In this document: positions 16,820 through 24,334 of the stretch, piece after piece
Numbering within the stretch: the stretch's first letter is position 1
Layout: every line of letters begins with the position of its first letter
IMG/VR virus record: IMGVR_UViG_3300032321_001270
Coordinates: 141,189 to 205,188 of that record
Reading direction: 5' to 3' (one strand)
Source of the DNA: a virus
Taxonomy: Duplodnaviria; Caudoviricetes
Length of the DNA stretch: 64,000 bases
Made by a program: the position numbers and the translations under genes
Notes under the pieces: model-generated
Told to the model about the DNA's origin: nothing
Seen by the model: the letters and a program-made list of their open reading frames with translations, nothing else
Database searches by the model: none

Positions 16820-17993
16820 GACAAATATCCCGCTCGATCAGTCACACGATGTCAGTGGTTGCGAAACGCACCGGCTTACCACTCTGTACCCGCAGCCCGA
16901 CTTTGTTAAAAGTGCCGCGCATGACAGACTCACCGGCGGCTCTGAGTTAGCACGCCATTTGTATGCTGATCAGCGCAATAAACTTTATCCGTGTCACACG
17001 GCGCCCGCAACATGGATGTCCGCGCTTTTCTTCGCGGACAAGCAAGCGCAGTTTGACCCGCGCGACGCCGACACTATTAAAACTAGGATACACCAAGCGG
17101 CTGAATATTTTGGCATTGCCGGTGCTGTGGCGGAACTAGAAGAAAAGGTCGCCGCGGCCAACAGCCATGACATTAATGCGCTGCCAGACTCCGAGTTTGC
17201 GATTGTCTGGGTCAGCGACATGGGCGGTAAAGAACGGCACTGGCCGCTACGCAACGCCTCCGAAGTCAAGTTTGCCGCAGCCCACTTCAAGGAATTTCGC
17301 GACAACTTTGTGTTTGCCGACCGTCATATCATCGCCAGCAAAATCCTCGAAAAGGCGGCTGAATACAGCGCAGATGTTTCTGAGGCTGACGGCTCGCTTG
17401 AACTTGCTGCCGGCCTTGGTGCTTGTGCCGCCAAGGTTGCCAGCCAAATGCTTAAAGACCGCGTACGGCTCACCCAACGGCAGCACGCCGATCTGGCCGC
17501 TGAGTTGTCCAAGTTGGCTGAGGTCATTGACCAGAACCCCGAAAGGGCTCGCGAGGTTGAGACCCGGTTGAAGTTGGCGAGCGCGGTCGACAATTTTGAT
17601 AGGAATACCCAGCTTTACCGGCTATACGACGCCGGCGGGCTTCCACGGCCTGAAGAAGTATTATTTGCAATCACCGAAAAGGTAGCCCGCGAGTTCATGA
17701 ACCAGAACGTCGAAACCACGACCGGCAACGTCTACGCCCTCGAAGATCTTGAGAAGCTGGCGGTTGAAGACGTGCGTGAGTGGCTTGGCGACGAGTTCGC
17801 TGATGCCGTGAGCGCCGGCGGAGTGTACATGGACCGGGACAAGCTCGCGGCCATTGTGCCCACGCTTGACCGCGGTATGGCCGCCACGCTGGACCGACTG
17901 GTGCAGCAGAAGACGGCCGGCGCTGTTGTTAAGTCAGCGGCGGCGGACAGTCTTCTTTCGCTTGAGCGCCTTCGCGAACTTGCCCGGGGCTGA
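16818..17993 (+). CDS. Hypothetical protein, possible internal head/virion protein rich in K-x-A motifs
   Basis: LYPCHT and RHWPLRNASEVKFAAAHF motifs; AGGA RBS; 391-aa ORF. Confidence 0.75.
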   Translation: MTNIPLDQSHDVSGCETHRLTTLYPQPDFVKSAAHDRLTGGSELARHLYADQRNKLYPCHTAPATWMSALFFADKQAQFDPRDADTIKTRIHQAAEYFGIAGAVAELEEKVAAANSHDINALPDSEFAIVWVSDMGGKERHWPLRNASEVKFAAAHFKEFRDNFVFADRHIIASKILEKAAEYSADVSEADGSLELAAGLGACAAKVASQMLKDRVRLTQRQHADLAAELSKLAEVIDQNPERAREVETRLKLASAVDNFDRNTQLYRLYDAGGLPRPEEVLFAITEKVAREFMNQNVETTTGNVYALEDLEKLAVEDVREWLGDEFADAVSAGGVYMDRDKLAAIVPTLDRGMAATLDRLVQQKTAGAVVKSAAADSLLSLERLRELARG

Positions 17994-18467
17994 AAGCTTT
18001 TTCTTAGGTTTTCGCTTTGGCTTTGGTTTCGACTGCGCAAACAATTTTGTAATACGCCCAAGCACGGCGTTCGCCGTCGTTTTTTTGTAGTCGACTTTGT
18101 CCCACGCTTGGTGCGTTTCTTTTGCCAGCCCGCGGCGGCTCGCTTCAAGGTCGTGAAACAGGCTGTACTGTGGGTTGTACCACTTGTAAGCGCTGCCCTT
18201 GCCCTTGCAGCTTACGTAGTCGCAAACCGAGATTTCAAAAACAGTGCTTGTCACACTGTCCATGATGATCTGCGCGCCGGCAATAAACCCGGTTGCGCGC
18301 GGGTCATCTTTTTGCGGACGCGGTCCGATGCGAGACGCGTCGATTATTACGGCGTTCCGCCCATAACAATCCCAGCAGTATTTTTCGGCGCTATCAATCG
18401 TGTACTTGCACGCTTGGAAAAAGCGTGCAAGTTGTTCAAACCCGCAGTGGTCAATTTTTGTCGACAT
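17934..18467 (-). CDS. Conserved phage hypothetical protein
   Basis: KYCWDCYG.NA, V.EISV.DY, YKWYNP motifs recalled from large phages; basic tail overlaps the plus-strand gene end. Confidence 0.65.
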   Translation of the reverse strand: MSTKIDHCGFEQLARFFQACKYTIDSAEKYCWDCYGRNAVIIDASRIGPRPQKDDPRATGFIAGAQIIMDSVTSTVFEISVCDYVSCKGKGSAYKWYNPQYSLFHDLEASRRGLAKETHQAWDKVDYKKTTANAVLGRITKLFAQSKPKPKRKPKKKLSAPGKFAKALKRKKTVRRR

Positions 18468-18696
18468 GTGCGATATGTTTTATCCGTTTGACAAGTTCGC
18501 GCAACGCCGCAAGCGCTGGGTTTTCGCGAACCTTGGGCGTGAGAGCGCCCGGGTCGATGTTTTGAGATGAGAGGCCGCTAAGTTCTTCTTGGCGGCAAGA
18601 TTCTAAATAGTGATGCCAGTTATCGTAGGCGTCACGGTCTTCGTCTGATTCGTACGGTCTGTATGGTTCGTCAAGAAGTCTGTCGTTCCAACCCAT
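18451..18696 (-). CDS. Small hypothetical protein
   Basis: Overlap-coupled to csrA. Confidence 0.55.
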   Translation of the reverse strand: MGWNDRLLDEPYRPYESDEDRDAYDNWHHYLESCRQEELSGLSSQNIDPGALTPKVRENPALAALRELVKRIKHIAHVDKN

Positions 18697-18865
18697 CTTT
18701 CTTTTTGTCCTCGTTTTTGACTAATAGTTCACCGCGCACGATGGACGTGGCTTTGGGCGCGGTTAAGCCGATCTTTACTCTATCGCCGGTAATCCCCAGC
18801 ACTTTGACGACAATGCCGTTACCAATTACGACTTCCTGTTCCTTCTTCCTTGAGAGTACAAGCAT
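18671..18865 (-). CDS. csrA: Carbon storage regulator CsrA/RsmA
   Basis: MLVLSRK...V.IG..I.V.VL...GDRVKIG..APK...I.R.EL signature. Confidence 0.92.
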   Translation of the reverse strand: MLVLSRKKEQEVVIGNGIVVKVLGITGDRVKIGLTAPKATSIVRGELLVKNEDKKKDGLERQTS

Positions 18866-18875
18866 GATGGCTCCA

Positions 18876-19547
18876 TCATTCTGTTGCAGATTTTTGCAGT
18901 AACTCAACCACGGACTTCGTGTTGCCGTTTTGCAAATCTAACGCCGCGAGTTGTTTGATAAGTAATCCAGTTTTCAAACGAATTGACTGGTTAATGTCTT
19001 CTGTTTTTCCGGCCTCTACGTCATACACAGCGTTGAACATCTCAGGATCATCCGAGAAGTCTTGAATGGAGGGCGACACGCGGGCGGCTCTGAGTGCCAC
19101 GCGCAGGATGTCGGGGGCGTTGATGATTCCTTCACTGTCGAGCACGGAACCGATGTAGGCGCGTATCTCATCTGTAAACGGTTCCGGGTCTTCATCGTCG
19201 GGCGGGGAGATTAGCAAGGCTTCTGTAATCCCCCACGCCACTTCTTCGGCGTCAGCGGGATCCCACATATCTGGTCGGTATGTGTCGCCGCCTAGAACGT
19301 TGCAAAAATTAATGAAATCGGGCAGGCTTTTAAAGAACTGATCTGTGGTGAGAAGCTGAATGGCGACCAGCAGCTTGTCGAGTGACAACTGGGGAAGCTC
19401 GACGTCAAACTCTTCTTCAATTTCGAGGGTGATGGTGGCTGGGTCCCAGTGCAACGCTTCCATCCCAAATTTGTCAAGAAACAGCGTCAGTAGTACTGTC
19501 GCAAACGTCTCCCGGCTCTTCCACGCTTCCTGCATTATTTTTGACAT
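18876..19547 (-). CDS. Hypothetical protein
   Basis: Acidic helical protein; start uncertain (19547 or 19535). Confidence 0.7.
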   Translation of the reverse strand: MSKIMQEAWKSRETFATVLLTLFLDKFGMEALHWDPATITLEIEEEFDVELPQLSLDKLLVAIQLLTTDQFFKSLPDFINFCNVLGGDTYRPDMWDPADAEEVAWGITEALLISPPDDEDPEPFTDEIRAYIGSVLDSEGIINAPDILRVALRAARVSPSIQDFSDDPEMFNAVYDVEAGKTEDINQSIRLKTGLLIKQLAALDLQNGNTKSVVELLQKSATE

Positions 19548-20019
19548 TGAGGCCAGCCCTGTTCTCAATCAGCCGCACACCCCGGTGGCGCAGCTCGACT
19601 AGATTATACGCGATTGTCTCTAGCGGCGTCCTTGGAAGAGTCGTAACCCGTTCTCCAGACTCAAGATCCGTCCAGCCAAATTGCCCGCTCCACGTGGCAA
19701 ACCGCCCATCCGCGAAAGCGATCTGTTGGGCGCAGCACGGGTGGTTGTCTGCCGTCTCAGGCCAGTCTTCCATGTGCCGCGACGCCCACATCAGCTCTAG
19801 CAGCAGCAAGCGCTGTTCTGCAGACAGAAACGCAAGGTTTTCCATCATGTCAGCGATCAGGATGTAAAACACCGCATCTTCGGCAAGCGGGGCGTCTGGA
19901 GCCGGGGCCGTCTTTTTCATTACAGCCGAAAAAAGATTGCGTATTTGCAACTTGCTAAGTTTTACGACCCGCATTACCATATCGAGCGTCAGGTCTTTTT
20001 TCACTTCGGAGGTAGCCAT
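19474..20019 (-). CDS. Hypothetical protein with possible N-terminal HTH
   Basis: LTLDMVMRVVKLSKLQIRNLF helix-turn-helix-like; 3' portion of track ORF 19474..20241. Confidence 0.55.
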   Translation of the reverse strand: MATSEVKKDLTLDMVMRVVKLSKLQIRNLFSAVMKKTAPAPDAPLAEDAVFYILIADMMENLAFLSAEQRLLLLELMWASRHMEDWPETADNHPCCAQQIAFADGRFATWSGQFGWTDLESGERVTTLPRTPLETIAYNLVELRHRGVRLIENRAGLNVKNNAGSVEEPGDVCDSTTDAVS

Positions 20020-20296
20020 GTCTGTTTCCATCATCGACAACCTTTCTAACATTACGTCTGGTCGCGCTGAATTCGTCGTCAGCGCCAATGGTATCGAAGA
20101 ACTTCTGTCGTCGGCAACTGCAAACGTCGTGCTGCAAAAAGCTGCGGAAGCCGGACTGAACCGCCCGGGGGTTTCGAGCGCGAGCGGCCCATATCCGGTT
20201 GACGCTGACGGCAAGACCGACGACGAGTTGATGATGGGCAAGCGCGGCCCGGTCGCCGGTTACCGTCGAGATTTTGTTATCTTAGCTTCGATTTGA
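20018..20296 (+). CDS. Small hypothetical protein (92 aa)
   Basis: Strong GGAGGT RBS at 20008-20013 before ATG 20018. Confidence 0.7.
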   Translation: MSVSIIDNLSNITSGRAEFVVSANGIEELLSSATANVVLQKAAEAGLNRPGVSSASGPYPVDADGKTDDELMMGKRGPVAGYRRDFVILASI

Positions 20297-20635
20297 TCAG
20301 GCGTCGTCTGGCCGGTCGACGATGAGCATATCCGTAGGTTTGCCGTTATCAAATCCGACAACGGCAAAACATATTGGTGTGCCGCAATCTATATCGAGTT
20401 TCTTGGCGGCAGCGTATGCGGCGCGGCGGCTCATTGACGTTGCCGCGTGGCACGCCGCGGTAAGTGTGCCAAATAGGCCGACAGGCACGTCGTCCATTGT
20501 GTGCCGCCAGACGACAAGATAGCCCGACAGCGCGTGCTTCTTTTGGTACTCGGGGCCGTACGGATTCTTTTTTGGCGTACCGGAGGCGCGCGACGCGCGC
20601 CTCTTCTTTTGCGTTTTTGATATTTTTGTCGTCAC
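20297..20635 (-). CDS. Hypothetical protein, basic N-terminus
   Basis: ORF abutting the convergent gene; 4-nt overlap with upstream gene. Confidence 0.6.
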   Translation of the reverse strand: MTTKISKTQKKRRASRASGTPKKNPYGPEYQKKHALSGYLVVWRHTMDDVPVGLFGTLTAACHAATSMSRRAAYAAAKKLDIDCGTPICFAVVGFDNGKPTDMLIVDRPDDA

Positions 20636-21105
20636 TCTTCTACTCCAAACGTGTCGATATGCGCCAACCGGGCGCAGTAGAATTCTGCGACCATCCCGGC
20701 TGCTTTTTGAAACCGCTTGACGATATCCGGGATCACTTGCTCATTAAAGACGCGAATGATCACCTTACGAAACTTCGCGATTGCTTCTGGTGTGTAGCCT
20801 TCTTCGCGGGCTTTTTCTGCCGCCCGGCGGACATCTTGATTGCCGTCGAGCTGGACTTGGAGGAAGGCTGGGTTAAGAAATTCAATAATGTGGCCATACG
20901 TCTGACGAACTTCGTACGGGTACGTAACGTCAAACACGCCGGGCCCGGGCCATCGTTCTCCATCGATTATCTCCTCGGATAAATATCTCAGTTTGCCGAG
21001 CGTCCACCCGAACGCAGCGGCATCGTCATTTGGGTCAGCCATTACAAAAGCTGGTTTTGGACCAGCCGGTGGCTTGTCGAGTTTTGCTTTGCTTTTGCGT
21101 GCCAT
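20632..21105 (-). CDS. Hypothetical protein
   Basis: MARKSK start chosen; track ORF extends to 21177. Confidence 0.6.
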   Translation of the reverse strand: MARKSKAKLDKPPAGPKPAFVMADPNDDAAAFGWTLGKLRYLSEEIIDGERWPGPGVFDVTYPYEVRQTYGHIIEFLNPAFLQVQLDGNQDVRRAAEKAREEGYTPEAIAKFRKVIIRVFNEQVIPDIVKRFQKAAGMVAEFYCARLAHIDTFGVEE

Positions 21106-21224
21106 TGTGTAATAGCTAAGGAAAATTGGAAAAGGTTTAGTTCTGACTGCGTAGCCGGGAATCACATCAGCCGTCATAAGACGAATAGATGTGTCCCGAC
21201 TACACAGTCAGAACACGCCGGAAA

Positions 21225-21599
21225 TTAATCTCCGGCGGTGCAGGCAAGGTACGCATGATATTGCGCAGTAACCTCAATACGAGGATCGATCTCTTTAAAC
21301 ACTGGCTCATCCTCCATGGATGCCAGTTCACCACGCAGCAATGCCGCAGTGTACTCGTTGTACAACCGCGCCATATGCCCGCGTAACTTTCGCGTGGTGC
21401 GCTTAAGCACACGTTCCCGCAGAAACGCTGCTCGCTCCCAGAAGTTCGCTAGCCCCGAGATTTCATCTGCGAACTTCTCTGCAGTCCTGTCGAACAAACG
21501 ATGCGCCTTTTCATCTACGATCTGAAACTCCGGCGCTCGTTTCTTGCAACGAGTGGTGACTGCTAGGCGGATTTTCTCCGCGGTAGCCGAAAGAGACAT
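21225..21599 (-). CDS. Hypothetical protein preceded by a long structured leader
   Basis: AAGGGAG RBS; 124-aa ORF. Confidence 0.65.
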   Translation of the reverse strand: MSLSATAEKIRLAVTTRCKKRAPEFQIVDEKAHRLFDRTAEKFADEISGLANFWERAAFLRERVLKRTTRKLRGHMARLYNEYTAALLRGELASMEDEPVFKEIDPRIEVTAQYHAYLACTAGD

Positions 21600-21604
21600 G
21601 CGTT

Positions 21605-21634
21605 AACTCCCTTGTAACGCGTGGAAAGGGAGCT
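21605..21634 (-). promoter_or_regulatory. RBS-sequestering hairpin
   Basis: Minus strand AGCUCCCUU...AAGGGAGUU 9-bp stem (one G.U) that buries the SD of 21225..21599. Confidence 0.55.
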
Positions 21635-21778
21635 ACTGATACGATACAGTAGCGACAATAAATATGCCGCGTTTTTGGGAAAAATTTAGCGTCGTCTGGA
21701 ATTCGCGAATTGCGAACATCGTTGCAATTAAACGACTTACGGCGCAAAGTATCGTGTTCTAGAAAATGGAAAATGCAA

Positions 21779-21857
21779 CCGCCGCCCCGCGCTGACCTAG
21801 GGCATGGAGCCCGTTGGCCGCGTGGAACGCAGCCGTTCAGTCAGCGCAGGGCGGCGG
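21779..21857 (-). ncRNA. Candidate structured RNA (three-way junction)
   Basis: 18-bp outer stem enclosing two hairpins; both plus-strand C.A mismatches are G.U on the minus strand. Confidence 0.55.
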
Positions 21858-21887
21858 AAGATCGCAGCCTACACGTGGCAGGTGCGG

Positions 21888-22190
21888 CTAGAACGTGAGC
21901 TGTACAGTTTGCCCGCCAGCGTTCACATAGACCACGCGAATTTTACTGGCGTCAAGTAACGATTTGAGAAGTGTCTTTTTCTCGGAACTCATTCCGGCAA
22001 GGCACGATTTAATTTGCGCCATCGCACTTCGTTGCTTTTCTTGTTTTTTACGGGCACATGCGCCACACCCGCCAGCCTCAGTGCGGAACAAATCTTTTTT
22101 GTTGAACAGGCAGGGAATGCTTTGCGCGTATTCCGGGTTGTTCATCATTGAGATAATTGTACTGTCTTCAAGTACTACCATGTCGCGCAT
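21888..22190 (-). CDS. Small CxxC protein, possible fibre assembly chaperone
   Basis: GGCGACA motif; last gene of the structural operon; similar pattern to 23004..23372. Confidence 0.6.
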   Translation of the reverse strand: MRDMVVLEDSTIISMMNNPEYAQSIPCLFNKKDLFRTEAGGCGACARKKQEKQRSAMAQIKSCLAGMSSEKKTLLKSLLDASKIRVVYVNAGGQTVQLTF

Positions 22191-22197
22191 AATAACC

Positions 22198-22725
22198 TCA
22201 CGGTGAAACTGGCGCAGGACCGATCCATACCGCGCCGCCGGGCAGCAGGTGGTCTGCCGTGTCTAGCGTGCTCTTAAGCCGCTGAACATCCTCGACAACG
22301 TTTTCAATAAATTCTTTAACTTCGGATCGCGACCTGAGCAGCACGTCTACGTAATTCAACCGGAACCACGCCGGACGGTCATTTGGAATCGGATCGTCTT
22401 CGGGATACTCTTCCAGATCCGTCGGCGAACAGACGTGGTCAAATGCGCCTACGCGGGCTTCGGCGCCCGGCTTGAGGGGCAGCAGTTGATAGGCGAAGAT
22501 TTTATCGGACATGTCTACGGGATCGCTCGCTGTAATGCGCACCCGAATGCCGTCTGTCGAATGGAAGTTGTAACGACTCACGCTCCATGTCAGTTTTACA
22601 CGGCGACTGCTGGTAGACGGCGGCGGAGGATTTAACTCCGGCGTATAAAAATTGAGTCCCAGCGTATCCGGCAAATTGATAATTGGGTCAAGTGGGTCTG
22701 GTTCGCAACTTGAGCAGTTTGACAT
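22198..22725 (-). CDS. Hypothetical virion-associated protein
   Basis: MSNCSSCEPD N-terminus; in structural operon. Confidence 0.65.
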   Translation of the reverse strand: MSNCSSCEPDPLDPIINLPDTLGLNFYTPELNPPPPSTSSRRVKLTWSVSRYNFHSTDGIRVRITASDPVDMSDKIFAYQLLPLKPGAEARVGAFDHVCSPTDLEEYPEDDPIPNDRPAWFRLNYVDVLLRSRSEVKEFIENVVEDVQRLKSTLDTADHLLPGGAVWIGPAPVSP

Positions 22726-22728
22726 GAC

Positions 22729-23007
22729 TTATCCTTGTAGAGGCAAGACGCGCGCAGTGATGTTTACAGGCCCCGGGGTTGTCGAACGCACATAGGCCAG
22801 CGCCAAACCCTCGTCGTCTGTGATCCCCGGTTGTGTGATTTGTACGGTGTTGACGTCCGCTATGATTTCAGCCTGTCGCCCTGCTACCGGCCGATCCCAA
22901 GGATCTCGTAGTCTGATTTTGATGACAGCGGCGTGCGTACCGTCGGCCAACACATGCGGTTTTGCGCCGTGCAAAAGTTTTGAACGTTCTGGGCTGACGC
23001 AACTCAT
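22729..23007 (-). CDS. Single Ig-like (Big_1-like) domain protein
   Basis: IKIRLRDPWDRPVAG....TDDEG.A.A.VRST.PG.V.ITA pattern. Confidence 0.65.
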   Translation of the reverse strand: MSCVSPERSKLLHGAKPHVLADGTHAAVIKIRLRDPWDRPVAGRQAEIIADVNTVQITQPGITDDEGLALAYVRSTTPGPVNITARVLPLQG

Positions 23008-23372
23008 GGAAACGTGTGCCTCTGGGGCGCGGAGCCGTCTGGGGGCGAGTAATATATTGTAACGCCAGTCGTTTCAATGTTAGGCGTTTTGGCTACAAAT
23101 TGAATAAATTGCCGCATTGTTTCTTGGTCGTTTTCTTTGGCGTGCAGCAGTGCTTCGATAAATGCCGTCATGCACGGAGAAAGAACATTGTTGTCGGCGC
23201 GGCATCGGCAACCGCGTTCGCTGGCTGATTTGTCGTAGGCGGCGCGACAGGCTTCAAACTGTGGTTGAAGATTTGCTAGTCCGGGAACAGCGTCAAAAAA
23301 CGGCTGCTGTTGTGCAAACTGCATAATGTTATCGCGGCTGATTGAAATCATGCGTGTAATACGCTGCGTCAT
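23004..23372 (-). CDS. Small CxC protein, paralog-like to 21888..22190
   Basis: GCRC plus a further Cys; matching N- and C-terminal patterns; GAGGA RBS. Confidence 0.6.
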   Translation of the reverse strand: MTQRITRMISISRDNIMQFAQQQPFFDAVPGLANLQPQFEACRAAYDKSASERGCRCRADNNVLSPCMTAFIEALLHAKENDQETMRQFIQFVAKTPNIETTGVTIYYSPPDGSAPQRHTFP

Positions 23373-23425
23373 AGATAGTCCTCGCGTAAGTGCGATCGCA
23401 TTCTAGCCGTGTATTAAAAACAACG

Positions 23426-24328
23426 CTACGCTAACGCCGCCGCTTTTATGGCGGCTCGTAGTGTCGCGTTAGTTTGAATTGCGGCAATAAGCTGCGCGAT
23501 AGTCAGTTCACCTTGCGGACCTGTGGGGCCGGTTGGCCCTACGTTGCCGCACGGGCCTGTAGCGCCCGTATGACCGACACCTGACGCGCCTGTTGCGCCG
23601 TAGGGTCCGGTAGGTCCAGCTGGTCCGCGCGGACCTGTGGCGCCACGCGCACCTGTAGATCCTGTATCGCCTTTTGAGCCTCTGGAGCCCGCCGGCCCAG
23701 ATGGTCCTTGCGGCCCCTGTCCGCCGACCGAGCCGGCAACGCCTTGCGGCCCCATTAAACCCTGCGGGCCAATTAAACCTTGTAGCCCCTGTGCGCCCTG
23801 CAGTCCGCGGTCTCCTTTCGGGCCGGTGGCTCCGCGCGGCCCTGTGGCCCCTGTAGCCCCGTTAACGCCCGTAATACCTCTGGGCCCTGTCGGGCCAGTC
23901 GCGCCTTTTGGGCCCGTTATACCGTTCGCGCCGGCCTTGCCTTGCGGCCCGGTAGCCCCCGTCGCGCCTTTGACCCCGGTTGCGCCGGTGGCTCCTTTTA
24001 AACCTGTTGCGCCGGTAGCCCCGGCGACACCTGTAGCGCCTGTCGCGCCTACCGGCCCCGTCGCGCCTTTCGCTCCAGTAGCACCTGTTTTTCCTTGTGG
24101 ACCGCTAACACCAGTGGCGCCTTTAGGGCCAGTCATGCCTACATTGCCCTGCGCGCCTTGCGGTCCGCGGGCGCCAGCTGGCCCGGCAGGACCTTGCGGG
24201 CCGTCATTTCCTTGTGGGCCTTGTGGGCCAGCTGGACAGACGCCACAGCCGCCGCCGCTGTCGGCCATTGTGATGCCGTCGTACGGCACCATCTCGACTG
24301 GCGCGTCGTTATTTAATGGGTCGGTCAT
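23426..24328 (-). CDS. Collagen-like fibre protein
   Basis: About 80 Gly-X-Y triplets, N-terminal CGVC, C-terminal helix. Confidence 0.9.
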   Translation of the reverse strand: MTDPLNNDAPVEMVPYDGITMADSGGGCGVCPAGPQGPQGNDGPQGPAGPAGARGPQGAQGNVGMTGPKGATGVSGPQGKTGATGAKGATGPVGATGATGVAGATGATGLKGATGATGVKGATGATGPQGKAGANGITGPKGATGPTGPRGITGVNGATGATGPRGATGPKGDRGLQGAQGLQGLIGPQGLMGPQGVAGSVGGQGPQGPSGPAGSRGSKGDTGSTGARGATGPRGPAGPTGPYGATGASGVGHTGATGPCGNVGPTGPTGPQGELTIAQLIAAIQTNATLRAAIKAAALA

Positions 24329-24334
24329 GGTGGT

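Noticed and set aside
20020-20241. 5' extension of track ORF 19474..20241
   Set aside because: Antisense to the plus-strand gene that has the strong GGAGGT RBS; low-complexity Ser/Ala translation
21779-21857. SRP (4.5S) RNA or tRNA identity for the structured element
   Set aside because: Lacks the SRP helix-8 internal-loop consensus and tRNA T/D-arm motifs
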